From NCBI GenBank assembly GCA_963793865.1, contig CAWCBP010000001.1:1152001-1216000 (forward strand): DNA of 64,000 bases, in the 5' to 3' direction. Shown piece after piece: positions 29,429-42,759 of this stretch. The notes under the pieces were generated by a model. It saw only the letters and a program-made list of their open reading frames with translations, had not been told where the DNA came from and did no database searches. Within the stretch, counting starts at the first letter, position 1. Every line of letters starts with the position of its first letter. A program made the position numbers and the translations under genes. The DNA comes from an uncultured delta proteobacterium (GTDB taxonomy: Bacteria > Desulfobacterota > WTBG01).

Positions 29429-30239
29429 CAGCACCTTCCTCTGCCGCTTCATCGGCCTCTCCTTCTCCCGGCGCGGCTTCCTCTTCCGCGGGGATTTCTT
29501 CTTCCACCGCCTCTTCATCATCGGCAGCGGCACCTTCACCGGTCACTTCTTCGTCCGCACCTGCATCCCCCTCCGTCGCGGCGGCACCTTCTTCTGCCGA
29601 TCTGGTTACATCGATGCCGGACTCCTCTGTCGCTTGACCTGATTTTTCATCAACTACCGCAGGCGCGGCGGCATCACCGGCGGTGTCGGCTTCAGCCGCA
29701 GGCTGTTTTTTGTCGTCCTCAGCCGGAGCGGCTCCTTCCTGAGCATCAGCTCCGCCAGCCCTTTCAGTACCCGGCACACTTTCCCGGCTCTCCGACCCCG
29801 CTTCCGGACCAAGCGGCGTCGTTACATCTTCGATGGGAGTGGTTGCCGGCCTGACAGGAGCCGCACTTTTTTCTGCCGCGGTTATGTTTGGAGCAACCGG
29901 GGTGGTCGTGTTAACGGCTTTTCTGCCTGCGGAAACAGGCATCCCCCGGGATGCGGATCCCGGTACCGCGGTTTCAGCCGGAGACTGCTGCATGCCGCCT
30001 GATACCGGCGGGACGGCAGCTTCCTGTCTCATCGGGCGCAAAGCCTTCTCAGCCTGCTGCGTCCCCGGTGTCGCCTGACGGAGAGAACCAGCGCCCCTTG
30101 AAGTTCGTTCCTCTGCCTGCTTATCCCCCACAAACTGTGCCTTGATGAGTTCAATCTCCTGCTCTATGTACCGTGCGGTCAACGTGACAACAGCCAGGAG
30201 AGAGCAGATGGCAATCAGTATGATGGTTCTTTTATTCAT
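29418..30239 (-). CDS. Hypothetical membrane-anchored low-complexity protein with an acidic C-terminus
   Basis: N-terminal TM; Ala/Pro/Thr-rich middle; Glu/Asp/Ala-rich tail; overlaps the glgB start. Confidence 0.7.
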   Translation of the reverse strand: MNKRTIILIAICSLLAVVTLTARYIEQEIELIKAQFVGDKQAEERTSRGAGSLRQATPGTQQAEKALRPMRQEAAVPPVSGGMQQSPAETAVPGSASRGMPVSAGRKAVNTTTPVAPNITAAEKSAAPVRPATTPIEDVTTPLGPEAGSESRESVPGTERAGGADAQEGAAPAEDDKKQPAAEADTAGDAAAPAVVDEKSGQATEESGIDVTRSAEEGAAATEGDAGADEEVTGEGAAADDEEAVEEEIPAEEEAAPGEGEADEAAEEGADEE

Positions 30240-30534
30240 TACCCCGCCTTTAATTGCTCGTATGCCTGGGGTTGAAGTCCGTCAAATCCGCAAATCCTTA
30301 AGCATGCCCAACCCGCTTTTGCCATTATAACAGGCCCCCCTTTAAAAGGAAAGCTCATTTTTCCCGGATGTTGAAGGGGCCGGCGCATGATGATTAATAT
30401 CAGTAAAATGTAATGATGGCAGCATAAAAAGTCCCGGCAAACCCCGGTCACTGCCGGTTCATGAATTATCTTGACAGGCAGCACCTGTCCCACTAATATG
30501 GTGCCGCAACTGTTTGATACTCAATGGAAAGCAT

Positions 30535-31113
30535 ATGCAGGACATCATCATAGGAAAATTCAAGCAAAGCGCGGCTCTGCAAACAGCGTTTGCATCAAAA
30601 AACTGGTCTAAAATCGAGGTGGTCGTACATCTCTGTGCTCAAATCCTGAAATGCGGCAATAAGATTATGCTTTTTGGCAACGGGGGAAGCGCGGCAGACG
30701 CCCAGCACATTGCGGCGGAATTCGTCAACCGCCTGCGCAAAACTCGCATGAACAGGCCCCCGCTTGCCGCGCTGGCGCTGACCACGGACAGCTCTGTTCT
30801 GACCAGCATCAGCAATGACAGTGATTTTTCCAACGTCTTTTCACGCCAGATCGAGGCCCTTGGCAAAAAGGGCGACCTCGCCTGGGGAATCAGCACCAGC
30901 GGCAATTCCCCTAATCTTATCAAGGCGTTCAAAATCGCCCGTGATATGGGTATTACCACCGTCGGTTTTACGGGTGGCGGAGGGGGCTTGATGGGTACTC
31001 TGGCGGATCACCATTTCACGGTTGAATCCTCCGACACAACCCGCATACAGGAGGTTCAAATCACCCTGGCCCACATCATCTGTGAACTCATCGAAGCAGA
31101 ACTCTGCACCTAA
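30535..31113 (+). CDS. gmhA: Phosphoheptose isomerase
   Basis: GNGGSAADAQHIAAE, TTDSS, FSRQ, ISTSGNS, RIQE. Confidence 0.95.
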   Translation: MQDIIIGKFKQSAALQTAFASKNWSKIEVVVHLCAQILKCGNKIMLFGNGGSAADAQHIAAEFVNRLRKTRMNRPPLAALALTTDSSVLTSISNDSDFSNVFSRQIEALGKKGDLAWGISTSGNSPNLIKAFKIARDMGITTVGFTGGGGGLMGTLADHHFTVESSDTTRIQEVQITLAHIICELIEAELCT

Positions 31114-31123
31114 ACGGCTGCGT

Positions 31124-32080
31124 ATGCGAAGGAAGACGTCGCACCTCGACCCTGTGGGGATAAAAACCGTCCCGCTCCAAAAAAGACGGAGCAAGGTCAG
31201 CGTCAGGGATTGTTCCATACCCTACCGCAGGGGCAGCACATTCAAAGTCTTCCTCGACACCCTGCCGAACACGCTCGCAGCCCGTGACCTCAATAGCATC
31301 GCCGGAATAATAGCCGGGGCCCATCGCGCTAAAAGGCAGATCATCTTCGGGATGGGCGCCCATGTCATCAAAGTCGGATTAAGTCCCCTGATTATCGACC
31401 TTATGCAGCGCGGGCTGCTTTCCTGCGTTGCCCTGAACGGGGCCGGCGCCATTCATGATGTGGAGATGGCCCTGGCCGGTAAAACGTCCGAGGACGTCGC
31501 GGCAGGGCTTGCCGGCGGGACATTCGGCATGGCAGCCGATGCCGCGGTATTCATCAACCGCGCGGTTGCAGAGGGACAGCAGGGAAACAAGGGGATGGGC
31601 AGGGCCGTGGGAGAAGCGCTGCTTCACCGGAGGGCCCCCCATGCGCAGATGAGCATCCTCGCCGCGGCAGCACGCCTGGGCATACCCTGCACGGTCCATG
31701 TGAGCATCGGATCGGACACGATTCACATGCATCCGACATTTGACGGAGCGGCAACCGGCAGGGCAAGCCATAATGACTTCCTTACCTTTGCCGACCGGGT
31801 GTCGCGCCTTTCGGGAGGGGTATTCGTCAACATAGGTTCGGCGGTGGTGCTTCCCGAGGTTTTCCTGAAAGCGTTCAGCCTTGCTGCCAACCTGGGAAAA
31901 GCACCGCGAAAGCTCACCACGGTCAACATGGATTTCATCCGCCACTACCGGCCTTCGGTTAACGTGGTGGAGCGGCCCACCCTGCATGAGGGAAAGGGAT
32001 TTAACCTGATCGGACACCACGAAATCATGCTGCCCCTGCTCACGGCGGCGGTACTTGAAAAGCTGGCCAACAATATTTGA
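31124..32080 (+). CDS. Conserved hypothetical protein, deoxyhypusine-synthase-like fold
   Basis: GAHVIKVGL, NGAGAIHDVE, GSDTIHMHP, NIGSAVVLPEVFLKA, GHHEIMLPLL. Confidence 0.7.
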   Translation: MRRKTSHLDPVGIKTVPLQKRRSKVSVRDCSIPYRRGSTFKVFLDTLPNTLAARDLNSIAGIIAGAHRAKRQIIFGMGAHVIKVGLSPLIIDLMQRGLLSCVALNGAGAIHDVEMALAGKTSEDVAAGLAGGTFGMAADAAVFINRAVAEGQQGNKGMGRAVGEALLHRRAPHAQMSILAAAARLGIPCTVHVSIGSDTIHMHPTFDGAATGRASHNDFLTFADRVSRLSGGVFVNIGSAVVLPEVFLKAFSLAANLGKAPRKLTTVNMDFIRHYRPSVNVVERPTLHEGKGFNLIGHHEIMLPLLTAAVLEKLANNI

Positions 32081-32085
32081 TGTTT

Positions 32086-32139
32086 CGGTAGGAGCGCGTT
32101 CACGCGCGATACATTCGCGGCTGAAAGCCGCTCCTGCCG
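32086..32139. repeat. GTAG-type REP-like palindrome, family R2
   Basis: CGGTAGGAGCG...GATACATTCGCGGCTGAAAGCCGCTCCTGCCG. Confidence 0.7.
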
Positions 32140-32174
32140 GATAGCAATAGATAGAACGGTGAGATCACAATTAC

Positions 32175-32558
32175 ATGGAAAGAAAAATAAAAATTGTTGC
32201 CGGCGGCGTGACGGCGGAAGCAATGCTGATCCCTGACAACCCCACGGCTGATGCCGTCTGGGATGCGCTTCCCCTGGAATCAACCTGCAATCTCTGGGGC
32301 GATGAAATCTATTTCACCATTCCCGTTTCGCGCGGCCTGGACCGGGATGCAAAAGAAATCGTGGAAAAGGGGAATCTGGGTTACTGGCCCGACGGACCGG
32401 CATTCTGCATCTTTTTCGGCCCTACCCCGATCAGTCGCGGCGGCGCCATAAAACCCGCGAGTGCCGTGAACATTTTTGGTAACATCATCGGCAGTTCCGA
32501 AGTGTTCAAGCAGGTTCCCTCCCGTGCACCCATCCGGGTGGAAAAGGTCATGTCATGA
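32175..32558 (+). CDS. Cyclophilin-like fold protein (DUF369-type)
   Basis: WGDEIYF, GYWPDG.AFCIFFGPTP.S, PASAVN..G. Confidence 0.85.
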   Translation: MERKIKIVAGGVTAEAMLIPDNPTADAVWDALPLESTCNLWGDEIYFTIPVSRGLDRDAKEIVEKGNLGYWPDGPAFCIFFGPTPISRGGAIKPASAVNIFGNIIGSSEVFKQVPSRAPIRVEKVMS

Positions 32559-33022
32559 AACCGGCGGAAAGAATCGTTGCCCTCTTTGCCACCGGCTTTT
32601 ATACCGGCCATTTCCCCTTCGCCCCCGCCACCTTCAGCACGCTTGTACTGGGAATCCCCGTCTACCTTCTCTGCTCCCTGCTCAGCACATACTGGTATGT
32701 CATCCTGCTGCTGTCCCTGATTGCGCTGGCGGTCGAGCTCTCGGACAGGGCCGAAAGATTTTTCGGGAAGCTGGATTGCAGCTTCATAGTCATTGACGAG
32801 CTGGCCGGATTTTTAATTACCATGTTCATGGTCCCTCCCGGCCTGATCACCATCACCCTCGGGTTTTTTCTCTTTCGCTTTTTTGACGTATTCAAGCCCC
32901 CTCCCGCAAATTTCTTCAATAAGAGAAAAAAGGGCGGGTATGATGTGGTAATGGATGATGTCTTTGCCGGGATTTACGCCAACTTGGTATTGCAGGGTGC
33001 AGTGTATTTCTTTTTATCGTAA
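32555..33022 (+). CDS. pgpA: Phosphatidylglycerophosphatase A
   Basis: PFAPAT, IVIDELAG, FRFFDVFKP, VMDD.FAG. Confidence 0.92.
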   Translation: MKPAERIVALFATGFYTGHFPFAPATFSTLVLGIPVYLLCSLLSTYWYVILLLSLIALAVELSDRAERFFGKLDCSFIVIDELAGFLITMFMVPPGLITITLGFFLFRFFDVFKPPPANFFNKRKKGGYDVVMDDVFAGIYANLVLQGAVYFFLS

Positions 33023-33080
33023 GCGTATGAGGGCTTAACACGAAAACAATCTTGTAGGGTGGATTCGAAATAGATCATAT

Positions 33081-33142
33081 GTAGGGACGCGCTCCGTCGC
33101 GTCCGGATATTGTAAGCGGCCATGACAGAGCATGGCCCTCCA
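33081..33142. repeat. REP-doublet-like element, family R3
   Basis: GTAGGGACGCGCTCCGTCGCGTCC...GCGGCCATGACAGAGCATGGCCCTCCA matches the reverse complement of 45864-45926. Confidence 0.7.
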
Positions 33143-33246
33143 TGGGCCACATCATTGTAAATAACAGACCCGGTTTTCCAAGCGGGGTGTTTTAAAAAGT
33201 GAACAGCATCGGTACTCAGGTTTTGCTGAAACGCTTCAATGCCAGG

Positions 33247-33263
33247 TGGCATGGTTCCTGCTA
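33247..33263 (+). promoter_or_regulatory. Candidate sigma54 (-24/-12) promoter upstream of cinA
   Basis: TGGCATGGTTCCTGCTA has GG-N10-GC spacing. Confidence 0.35.
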
Positions 33264-33352
33264 TACACAAAGGGCGTGACACGAGCAGAGTGCTCACGTG
33301 CATTGTATAAAGGTGTGTGCATTCTGACTTACACCGCGGGGAGAGTAAATAC

Positions 33353-34606
33353 ATGAAGGCTCAAATCATATCCATCGGGAATGAGCTGACCTCAGGCAGC
33401 GTCCTCAACAGCAACGCCACCTTCATTGCCAACCATCTTTTCAGCAGCGGCATCGAAGTCGCGGGCATTATCACCGTGGGAGACGACAGCGCGGTAATCA
33501 TTGAAGCGCTGCGCGGCGTCAGCTCCTCGGTCAGCTTCGTCGTGGTCACCGGCGGCCTCGGCCCCACCGTTGATGACATTACCACCCACGCGGCGGCCGA
33601 GGCCTTGAGGAGAAAGCTCACCTTGAACACGCAGGCCCGGCAGGCAATGGAGGAGTTTTTCAAGCGCATGGGCCGAACCATGGATCCTCACAACCTGAGG
33701 CAGGCCTACCTCCCCGGCGGCGCAGCGGTCATTCACAATCCCATCGGTACCGCCTGCGGCTTTTCCGTCATCCGCGGCAGCACCATGTATTTCTTTCTGC
33801 CCGGCGTTCCCCGGGAGATGATGAGGATGTTTGAGGCCGGCGTCCTGCCGCTCATCAGAAAGGAAAGGCCGGACGACACCATGGTCAGGACGGCGGTACT
33901 GAAAATTTTCGGCAGGACCGAATCGTACTGCGACCAGGCGCTGGCAGATCTCATCAGGCAGGAGCAGGAGATCAGCTTTGCCTTCCTGCCCCATTATCCC
34001 GAGATTACCATCAAGCTGACCATCCGCGGAACGGACAGAAAATACCTGGAAAAGAAGCTGAAGGCAGTTGAGCGCAAAACAAAGCGCCTCCTGGGTGATA
34101 TCGTCTTCGGCAAAGACGAGGAGACGATGGAAATGGTGGTGGGAAACCTCCTGCGAAGCACCGGCGCCACTCTTTCCCTGGCGGAATCATGCACCGGCGG
34201 CCTGATCACCCACCGCCTCACCAACGTGCCCGGCAGTTCTGACTACCTCGAGCGCGCTCTAATTGTTTACAGCAACGCGGCGAAAAAAGAGCTGCTCGGC
34301 ATGCCGGCCTCCATCCTCAGCAAACACGGCGCCGTGAGCCCGGAAGCGGCGGCACACATGGCCAAAGCGGTGAAGCGGTTGAGCAAAGCCACCATCGGAC
34401 TGGCCGTCACCGGTATCGCCGGTCCCGGCGGCGGTACGGCGGAGAAACCCGTGGGAACGGTCTTTATCGGTCTCTCGCACAAGCGGCAGGTCACCACCCA
34501 CCGCCACCAGTTCTATGGCGACCGGGATCAGATTAAGAGCATAACCTCACAGTATGCCCTGGACCACCTCAGAAAACTCCTGATCGCCGGGGAGATGCGC
34601 GGTTGA
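33353..34606 (+). CDS. cinA: Competence/damage-inducible protein CinA (MoCF-like plus PncC domains)
   Basis: IGNEL..G...NSN, TGGLGPT.DD.T, LPGVPREM, AESCTGG, GAVS, TGIAGPGGG. Confidence 0.95.
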   Translation: MKAQIISIGNELTSGSVLNSNATFIANHLFSSGIEVAGIITVGDDSAVIIEALRGVSSSVSFVVVTGGLGPTVDDITTHAAAEALRRKLTLNTQARQAMEEFFKRMGRTMDPHNLRQAYLPGGAAVIHNPIGTACGFSVIRGSTMYFFLPGVPREMMRMFEAGVLPLIRKERPDDTMVRTAVLKIFGRTESYCDQALADLIRQEQEISFAFLPHYPEITIKLTIRGTDRKYLEKKLKAVERKTKRLLGDIVFGKDEETMEMVVGNLLRSTGATLSLAESCTGGLITHRLTNVPGSSDYLERALIVYSNAAKKELLGMPASILSKHGAVSPEAAAHMAKAVKRLSKATIGLAVTGIAGPGGGTAEKPVGTVFIGLSHKRQVTTHRHQFYGDRDQIKSITSQYALDHLRKLLIAGEMRG

Positions 34607-34679
34607 AATTGACAAGCGTTCCGTGCTGTGCTATCTAAGGCACGCATGACGCCCATTACGGCGGAAGACTGCGTCACAA

Positions 34680-34762
34680 TGTTATTCTGAGGCATCCGCC
34701 GAAGAATCTCCGTTCTTAAACTGATTGATTCCATGAGATTCTTCACTGAGTGCGGAATGACA
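34680..34762. repeat. Long palindromic intergenic element
   Basis: TGTTATTCTG/CGGAATGACA and GAAGAATCTC/GAGATTCTTC nested inverted repeats. Confidence 0.55.
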
Positions 34763-34796
34763 CAGTCTCCCGGGGCGATGGGACAGAGAGGGTGCA

Positions 34797-35390
34797 ATGC
34801 CGCCGATAAGATCCTTTATCGCCATTGAACTGCCGACCGAGACCAGGTCCGGCCTGGAACGCATAACCGGCAAACTTAAGGCATCCGCCGGCGACGTGCG
34901 CTGGGTCAAAACGGACGATATTCACCTGACCCTCAAATTCCTGGGCGACGTTGAAGAAGAGCGGATTGCCGAAATAGGCGGGTGCATTGAGCACTGTGTG
35001 CAGGCAATAAGCCCGTTTCCCCTCGCGGTGCGCGGTCTGGGCGCGTTCCCCAGCGACCACAGCCCTCAGGTGATCTGGATTGGCGCCGCTGATGAGTCGG
35101 GCAGCCTCTCCCGCATGCAGCGCACGCTCGAGGACGGACTGTCCCGCCTGGGTTTTAAAAAGGAAAAGCGGCCCTTTTCGCCGCACCTCACCCTGGGGAG
35201 GCTCAAATCCCCGCGGGGGAAGGATGCGGTGCGCAGGGCGCTGGCTGAATTTAAAAATGCCGACTGCGGCTCATGCACGGCTGAAGCCGTCTGCCTTTTC
35301 AAGAGCGAACTGAAGCTGGGCGGCGCCGTGCACACCCGCTTGAAATCGTGCGTGCTCCAGCACCCCCGGCTGAGCGGATCCGCCCCGTGA
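34797..35390 (+). CDS. thpR: RNA 2',3'-cyclic phosphodiesterase (2H family)
   Basis: [14 protein letters not shown] and FSPHLTLGR 2H motifs. Confidence 0.95.
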   Translation: MPPIRSFIAIELPTETRSGLERITGKLKASAGDVRWVKTDDIHLTLKFLGDVEEERIAEIGGCIEHCVQAISPFPLAVRGLGAFPSDHSPQVIWIGAADESGSLSRMQRTLEDGLSRLGFKKEKRPFSPHLTLGRLKSPRGKDAVRRALAEFKNADCGSCTAEAVCLFKSELKLGGAVHTRLKSCVLQHPRLSGSAP

Positions 35391-35415
35391 CGGGGCTTCA
35401 CAGGAGGACCATATC

Positions 35416-36462
35416 ATGTCTCAGGATATCAACAAGAAGAAGGCCATTGACAGCGCTGTAAGCCAGATCGAGAAACAGTTTGGCAAAGGGTCGATCATGA
35501 AGCTGGGCGGCGAATACACCATTCCCGATATACCCGTGATCTCGACCGGCTCAATCATGCTGGATGCCGCACTGGGCATCGGCGGCGTCCCCCGCGGCAG
35601 GGTGGTGGAAATTTACGGCCCCGAGTCATCCGGGAAAACGACCCTGTCGCTGCAGATCGTGGCTGAAGCCCAAAAGACCGGTGGTTCCGCCGCATTTATC
35701 GACGCGGAGCACGCCGTGGACATCAGCTATGCCCAGCAGCTGGGCGTTAAAACCGATGAGCTCCTGGTCTCCCAGCCGGACACCGGGGAGCAGGCGCTGG
35801 AGATTGCCGAGGTTCTGGTGCGCAGCGGCGCCCTCGATGTAATCGTGATTGATTCGGTTGCCGCGCTGGTCCCGCGGGCCGAGATTGAAGGCGACATGGG
35901 GGACGCGCACATGGGGCTGCAGGCGCGCTTGATGTCCCAGGCGCTCCGCAAGCTGGCGGCCGCCATCAACAAGTCAAAAACCTGCATGATCTTCATAAAC
36001 CAGATCCGGATGAAAATAGGCGTCATGTTCGGGAATCCCGAGACCACCACCGGCGGAAACGCGCTCAAATTTTATGCTTCCATCAGGCTGGACATCAGGC
36101 GCATGGAGGCCCTGAAGAATGAGGACGGCGTGTACGGATCCCGGACAAAGGTGAAAGTGGTGAAAAACAAGCTGGCCCCCCCCTTCAAGGAGGCTCAGTT
36201 TGAGATCATCTACGGAAAGGGCATCTCCAGGGCAGGCGAGCTCCTTGATATCGCCACCAATAGCAACATCGTTGAGAAAAGCGGCACCTGGTATTCATAC
36301 CGCGATGAGCGCATCGGCCAGGGCCGGGACAACGCGCGCAAGTATCTTGAAGACAATCCCCCGGTCGCGGAAAAGATTGAAAAGGAGATAAAGGAGCACC
36401 TTGGCTTATCCGGCAAAGAGAAAAAAGGAGATGCGAAAGAGGGAGGTAAAGGGGAACATTGA
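35416..36462 (+). CDS. recA: Recombinase RecA
   Basis: [25 protein letters not shown]. Confidence 0.99.
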   Translation: MSQDINKKKAIDSAVSQIEKQFGKGSIMKLGGEYTIPDIPVISTGSIMLDAALGIGGVPRGRVVEIYGPESSGKTTLSLQIVAEAQKTGGSAAFIDAEHAVDISYAQQLGVKTDELLVSQPDTGEQALEIAEVLVRSGALDVIVIDSVAALVPRAEIEGDMGDAHMGLQARLMSQALRKLAAAINKSKTCMIFINQIRMKIGVMFGNPETTTGGNALKFYASIRLDIRRMEALKNEDGVYGSRTKVKVVKNKLAPPFKEAQFEIIYGKGISRAGELLDIATNSNIVEKSGTWYSYRDERIGQGRDNARKYLEDNPPVAEKIEKEIKEHLGLSGKEKKGDAKEGGKGEH

Positions 36463-36926
36463 GGAGGCAAAAAATCTTGCCTTCCGGTTCCTCTCCTATC
36501 GCTCCCGGACTTCGGAAGAAGTGAGGCGCAAATTGTCCGAGTCGGGATTTTCCCCATCCGCTGTAGAGGGCGCAATTGCCCGGCTGGAGGAGCTGAAATA
36601 TCTCAACGATTATGATTATGCCCGTGCGTCCGGACGCTCCTGTGTTGAGCACAAATGCTGGGGCCCTGCCCGCATCAGGGATGCCCTTTTAAAAAAAGGG
36701 GTTGCCCCGGCGATCATCACCTCAGTTGTGCAGGAGCTGGCAGATGAACACGATTTCAGCCGGGTCGCGCGGCGCGCGCTCGAAACACGGTTCTCCCCGG
36801 TCGGAGATGCAAAAGCTCGCCGAAAAGAAAACAAGGCAGCGGTTGATCGACTACCTTGTTCGGAAGGGATTTTCCTGGAGCATTATTGCGGATGTTATCC
36901 ATATCGACCAAAACACATGCATCTGA
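36431..36926 (+). pseudogene. recX: RecX regulatory protein, +1 frameshift near 36800 (possible sequencing error)
   Basis: A.RFLSYRSRT..E.R.KL, YLND..YA, GP.RI...L.KKG; RecX tail RLIDYLVRKGFSW lies in the next frame. Confidence 0.85.
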
Positions 36927-36935
36927 TATGCGCCC

Positions 36936-39581
<2,646 letters not shown>

Positions 39582-39600
39582 GCCTGTTCAGCGCTGCGGA

Positions 39601-40392
39601 TTATTTCTTTTCCAGGTCTGCTGCGTCTTTTACGGCTGCAGCATCCGCAGGGGGCGCGTTGAGCAGGGCCTGCATTGCCGTTCCGTAGGGGCTGTCGGGA
39701 TAGTCCTCCTGCAGGCTTGCCAGCACCTCGCGGGCCCTCTCCGGTTCATTAAGCTGGTGGTAGGAAAGTCCCAGATAGTAAAGCACTTCATCGCGGTTCT
39801 TAATAAACGCATACTGTGACAACAGGTTCACAAACCGCTCTTTTGCCGCCCAGTACTTTTTGCTTTTGTAATAATACCGCCCGATGGAATAGTCATGCTC
39901 AAACATGCTCCGGCGGCAGATCTTGTAATATCCCATGGCGCTCCCGGTGAACGGGCTTTGGGGATAGTTCTTAATCAGGAACTCAAAGAAACCGGACGCC
40001 TTCTCGGCGGGTATCTGATCGCGGTCAAAGGTTTCAAGCTGCTTAAAGTGGCACATGCCCAGCTGGTAAATGGCATAGGGAACATCCGGATTGCTGGGGT
40101 GCAGGCGCTTGAATTCCTCGTAGAAATGAATTGCTTCCACATATTCTTCCTTGAAGTAGTGGATGTCCGCCAGCCTGAGCTCGGCGATGACTGCGTAGGG
40201 GCTTAAGGGAAATTTATCCCTCAGTTCCGTGAAGGCCGGCTTGGCGTCGTAGTAGTTTTTTTGGCGGTAGAGTTCCATGGCCTTCTGGAAAGCCTGCTCA
40301 TCAGTCCCCGCGTTCTTCGAAACATCCGGGGTTGACCGGCAGGCGGAAAGCAGCATCATCAGGCACAGCATCAGCAGGGTGTGAAGTTTCAT
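39601..40392 (-). CDS. bamD: Outer membrane protein assembly factor BamD (lipoprotein)
   Basis: Lipobox LSAC; FP.SPYA..AEL.LAD, F.RLHP.NP..PYA.Y..G, RDQ. Confidence 0.9.
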   Translation of the reverse strand: MKLHTLLMLCLMMLLSACRSTPDVSKNAGTDEQAFQKAMELYRQKNYYDAKPAFTELRDKFPLSPYAVIAELRLADIHYFKEEYVEAIHFYEEFKRLHPSNPDVPYAIYQLGMCHFKQLETFDRDQIPAEKASGFFEFLIKNYPQSPFTGSAMGYYKICRRSMFEHDYSIGRYYYKSKKYWAAKERFVNLLSQYAFIKNRDEVLYYLGLSYHQLNEPERAREVLASLQEDYPDSPYGTAMQALLNAPPADAAAVKDAADLEKK

Positions 40393-40585
40393 AACATGCA
40401 TGGACAGCACCGATCGGGTAGAATGGCATTCACTGCACAAGGAGAAGGGCAAGCAGGCGCTTTCCCGTCATTCCGATTTAGTCCATACACCATAGTTACC
40501 TGCAAGTCAAGCACGTCCTTCGGCAATCGCCGTCACTTTTTGCATCGGGTGCAACAAGCAGGTGCTGCATCAGCGGAGCCTCACC

Positions 40586-41659
40586 ATGTCCTTTGAACCA
40601 CGATGCCTGGCCACCACTATCGGCAGCCTGCCGCACAGCGATGCCCTTGAGGCAACCCGGCTTATGCTGCGCTTCACCCCGCGGATACCCGCATGGGCCC
40701 AATTGAGCAAGCGGCCCCAGGAAGGCATGCTGGTGCAGTTCACCGAAGGGATGCCGGGCTTTCAGCGGCCTCTTCAGGGTGGGAATTATTTTGACGTGGA
40801 TGCCCCTTCGTTCCAGGCCGGCGTCTCGGCATTGTACGAAAATTACCTGGCAGTGTTTGAAGAGCATTCCCTCGCCCGACTGGAGTCATACGCAATCAGC
40901 CGCGATCATGCCCGGGGGTTTCACGCCCTGCTGGAGCTGCTCACAAGTGAAGGGCACCGGCCGCACGCGCTGAAGGGGCAGGTCACCGGCCCGTTTACCT
41001 TTGGAACCAGCGTAACCGACGGGCACGGAAAAAGCGCCTACTACGACGGCCTGCTCAGGGACATCATCGTCAAGAGCATTTCGCTCAAGGCGGCGTGGCA
41101 GATCGAGCAGCTGCGACCTCATGCCGCTTCGGTGCTCATCTCCATCGATGAGCCTTCGCTGGTCGGCTTCGGCTCCTCGGCCTACATCGGCATAACCGCC
41201 GATGACATCCAAAAGGATTTGAACGAAATCATCGGGTGCATCCACCAGACCCACGGGTATGCCGGCCTGCACTGCTGCGAAAACACCGACTGGTCGGTGG
41301 TCCTTGGCACCGGCATTGATGTCATCAGCTTCGATGCCTACAGCTATTTCGACAAGCTGCTGCTGTATGCCGACGCGCTCGGCGCTTTTCTTGCCCGGGG
41401 GGGCATACTGGCCTGGGGGCTTGTCCCCACCGCGGATCCGGCACTGCTGCATGCAGAAAGCGCCGGGACCCTTCTCGACAAATGGCACTCCCGCATTGAC
41501 CAGCTTGCGCACCGCGGCATTGACGCCGAGCGGATCGCGGCCCAGTCGCTCATAACCCCGAGCTGCGGAGCGGGCCTCCTCTCACCCCGGGACGCCGAGC
41601 TGGTGCTGCGGCTGCTGAGCGACCTTTCACGGAGTTTACAAGACCTCTACTTTGGCTGA
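40586..41659 (+). CDS. Core (single-barrel) methionine synthase, MesB-like
   Basis: TTIGSLPH, W.QL, KGQVTGPFT, DEP, GLHCC, SFDAY, AWGLVPT, TPSCG; lacks the MetE N-terminal folate-binding half. Confidence 0.8.
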   Translation: MSFEPRCLATTIGSLPHSDALEATRLMLRFTPRIPAWAQLSKRPQEGMLVQFTEGMPGFQRPLQGGNYFDVDAPSFQAGVSALYENYLAVFEEHSLARLESYAISRDHARGFHALLELLTSEGHRPHALKGQVTGPFTFGTSVTDGHGKSAYYDGLLRDIIVKSISLKAAWQIEQLRPHAASVLISIDEPSLVGFGSSAYIGITADDIQKDLNEIIGCIHQTHGYAGLHCCENTDWSVVLGTGIDVISFDAYSYFDKLLLYADALGAFLARGGILAWGLVPTADPALLHAESAGTLLDKWHSRIDQLAHRGIDAERIAAQSLITPSCGAGLLSPRDAELVLRLLSDLSRSLQDLYFG

Positions 41660-42714
41660 TGACATTCATGGCGGGTACGAAAGACTTTTCCTCAGCACGG
41701 TCACCTGAAACCGTTGACGCGGTGCTTCTTGCCGGCGACAGGGGGGCAAGCAGGACCGTATGCGGCAGAAACAAGTCCTTCCTGCACATCAACGGAATCC
41801 CCCTCTTCGTGTATGTCCTCAAGGCGCTGGAGGGGGCGGAGCTGGTCGACCGCATCTGCATTATCGGCCCTCATGAGCAGATAGAGCGGACGCTTGCCGA
41901 GCATTACGGCCCGCCAACCCGGGGGAAGGGGCTTATCCTCTGCGAACAGAGCGAGTCTCTTTTCCACAACGTGTGGAAGTCTTTTCTTGAGATCACGCCC
42001 GAGGCCCGGTCAGCCGATCCCCCCTCCCCTGCCGTGCGGGAAAAATCAATTCTGTACATTTCAGGCGATGTCCCGCTGGTTACCCCGTTTGAGATTGACA
42101 GCTTTCTCCGCGGCTGCGACCGCGCCCGGTACGATTACAGTCTCGGCATCGCCGCCGCCGAGCACCTCACCTTCTTCCGTCCCCACCTGGGCACACCGGG
42201 CATCAGCACCCACTTCTTTCACATCAAGGAGGGTAAATTCAGGCAGAACAATCTCCACCTGGTCAAGCCGCTCATGGTCGAAAACAGAGGCTACATTCAA
42301 AAGGTTTACGACTTCAGGTACCAGAGGGACTCGCGCAACATCCTGCGGCTGGCGCGGGAGTTTTTTAAAGTGCACGTGGGATGGCAGGGATTCTGGTGCT
42401 ACGGGCTGCTTCACTGGCACCAGTTTCTGTCCCGGATTCATTTAAACCCGCTCACCCTGCCAACGCGGTTCCTGCTGCCCCGCTCATTTATTGAAGGCTG
42501 CGTTTCCAGGGTTCTGGGGACCCGGTTCGGGACCACGGTGACGCCCCTGGTCGGCGCTGTCCTGGATGTTGACAACGAGCGGGACTACCGGGCAATGTGC
42601 GACATGTTTTCAGTCTGGCAGCGCCATCTCGCCGAATGCGAGGACCGGATGCGGAACCGGCTGTCGGCCACCATCTCTTCCGGAGCGCAACAGCCGGGAT
42701 CTCGCGTGGCATAG
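41659..42714 (+). CDS. MobA-like NTP transferase domain protein
   Basis: AVLLAG.RG....GRNKSFL.ING.PL, GDVPL, LDVD. Confidence 0.75.
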   Translation: MTFMAGTKDFSSARSPETVDAVLLAGDRGASRTVCGRNKSFLHINGIPLFVYVLKALEGAELVDRICIIGPHEQIERTLAEHYGPPTRGKGLILCEQSESLFHNVWKSFLEITPEARSADPPSPAVREKSILYISGDVPLVTPFEIDSFLRGCDRARYDYSLGIAAAEHLTFFRPHLGTPGISTHFFHIKEGKFRQNNLHLVKPLMVENRGYIQKVYDFRYQRDSRNILRLAREFFKVHVGWQGFWCYGLLHWHQFLSRIHLNPLTLPTRFLLPRSFIEGCVSRVLGTRFGTTVTPLVGAVLDVDNERDYRAMCDMFSVWQRHLAECEDRMRNRLSATISSGAQQPGSRVA

Positions 42715-42759
42715 GAAGCCGTAAGCCTCATACACGTTCTTTCCATAAAGGATTTTTGG

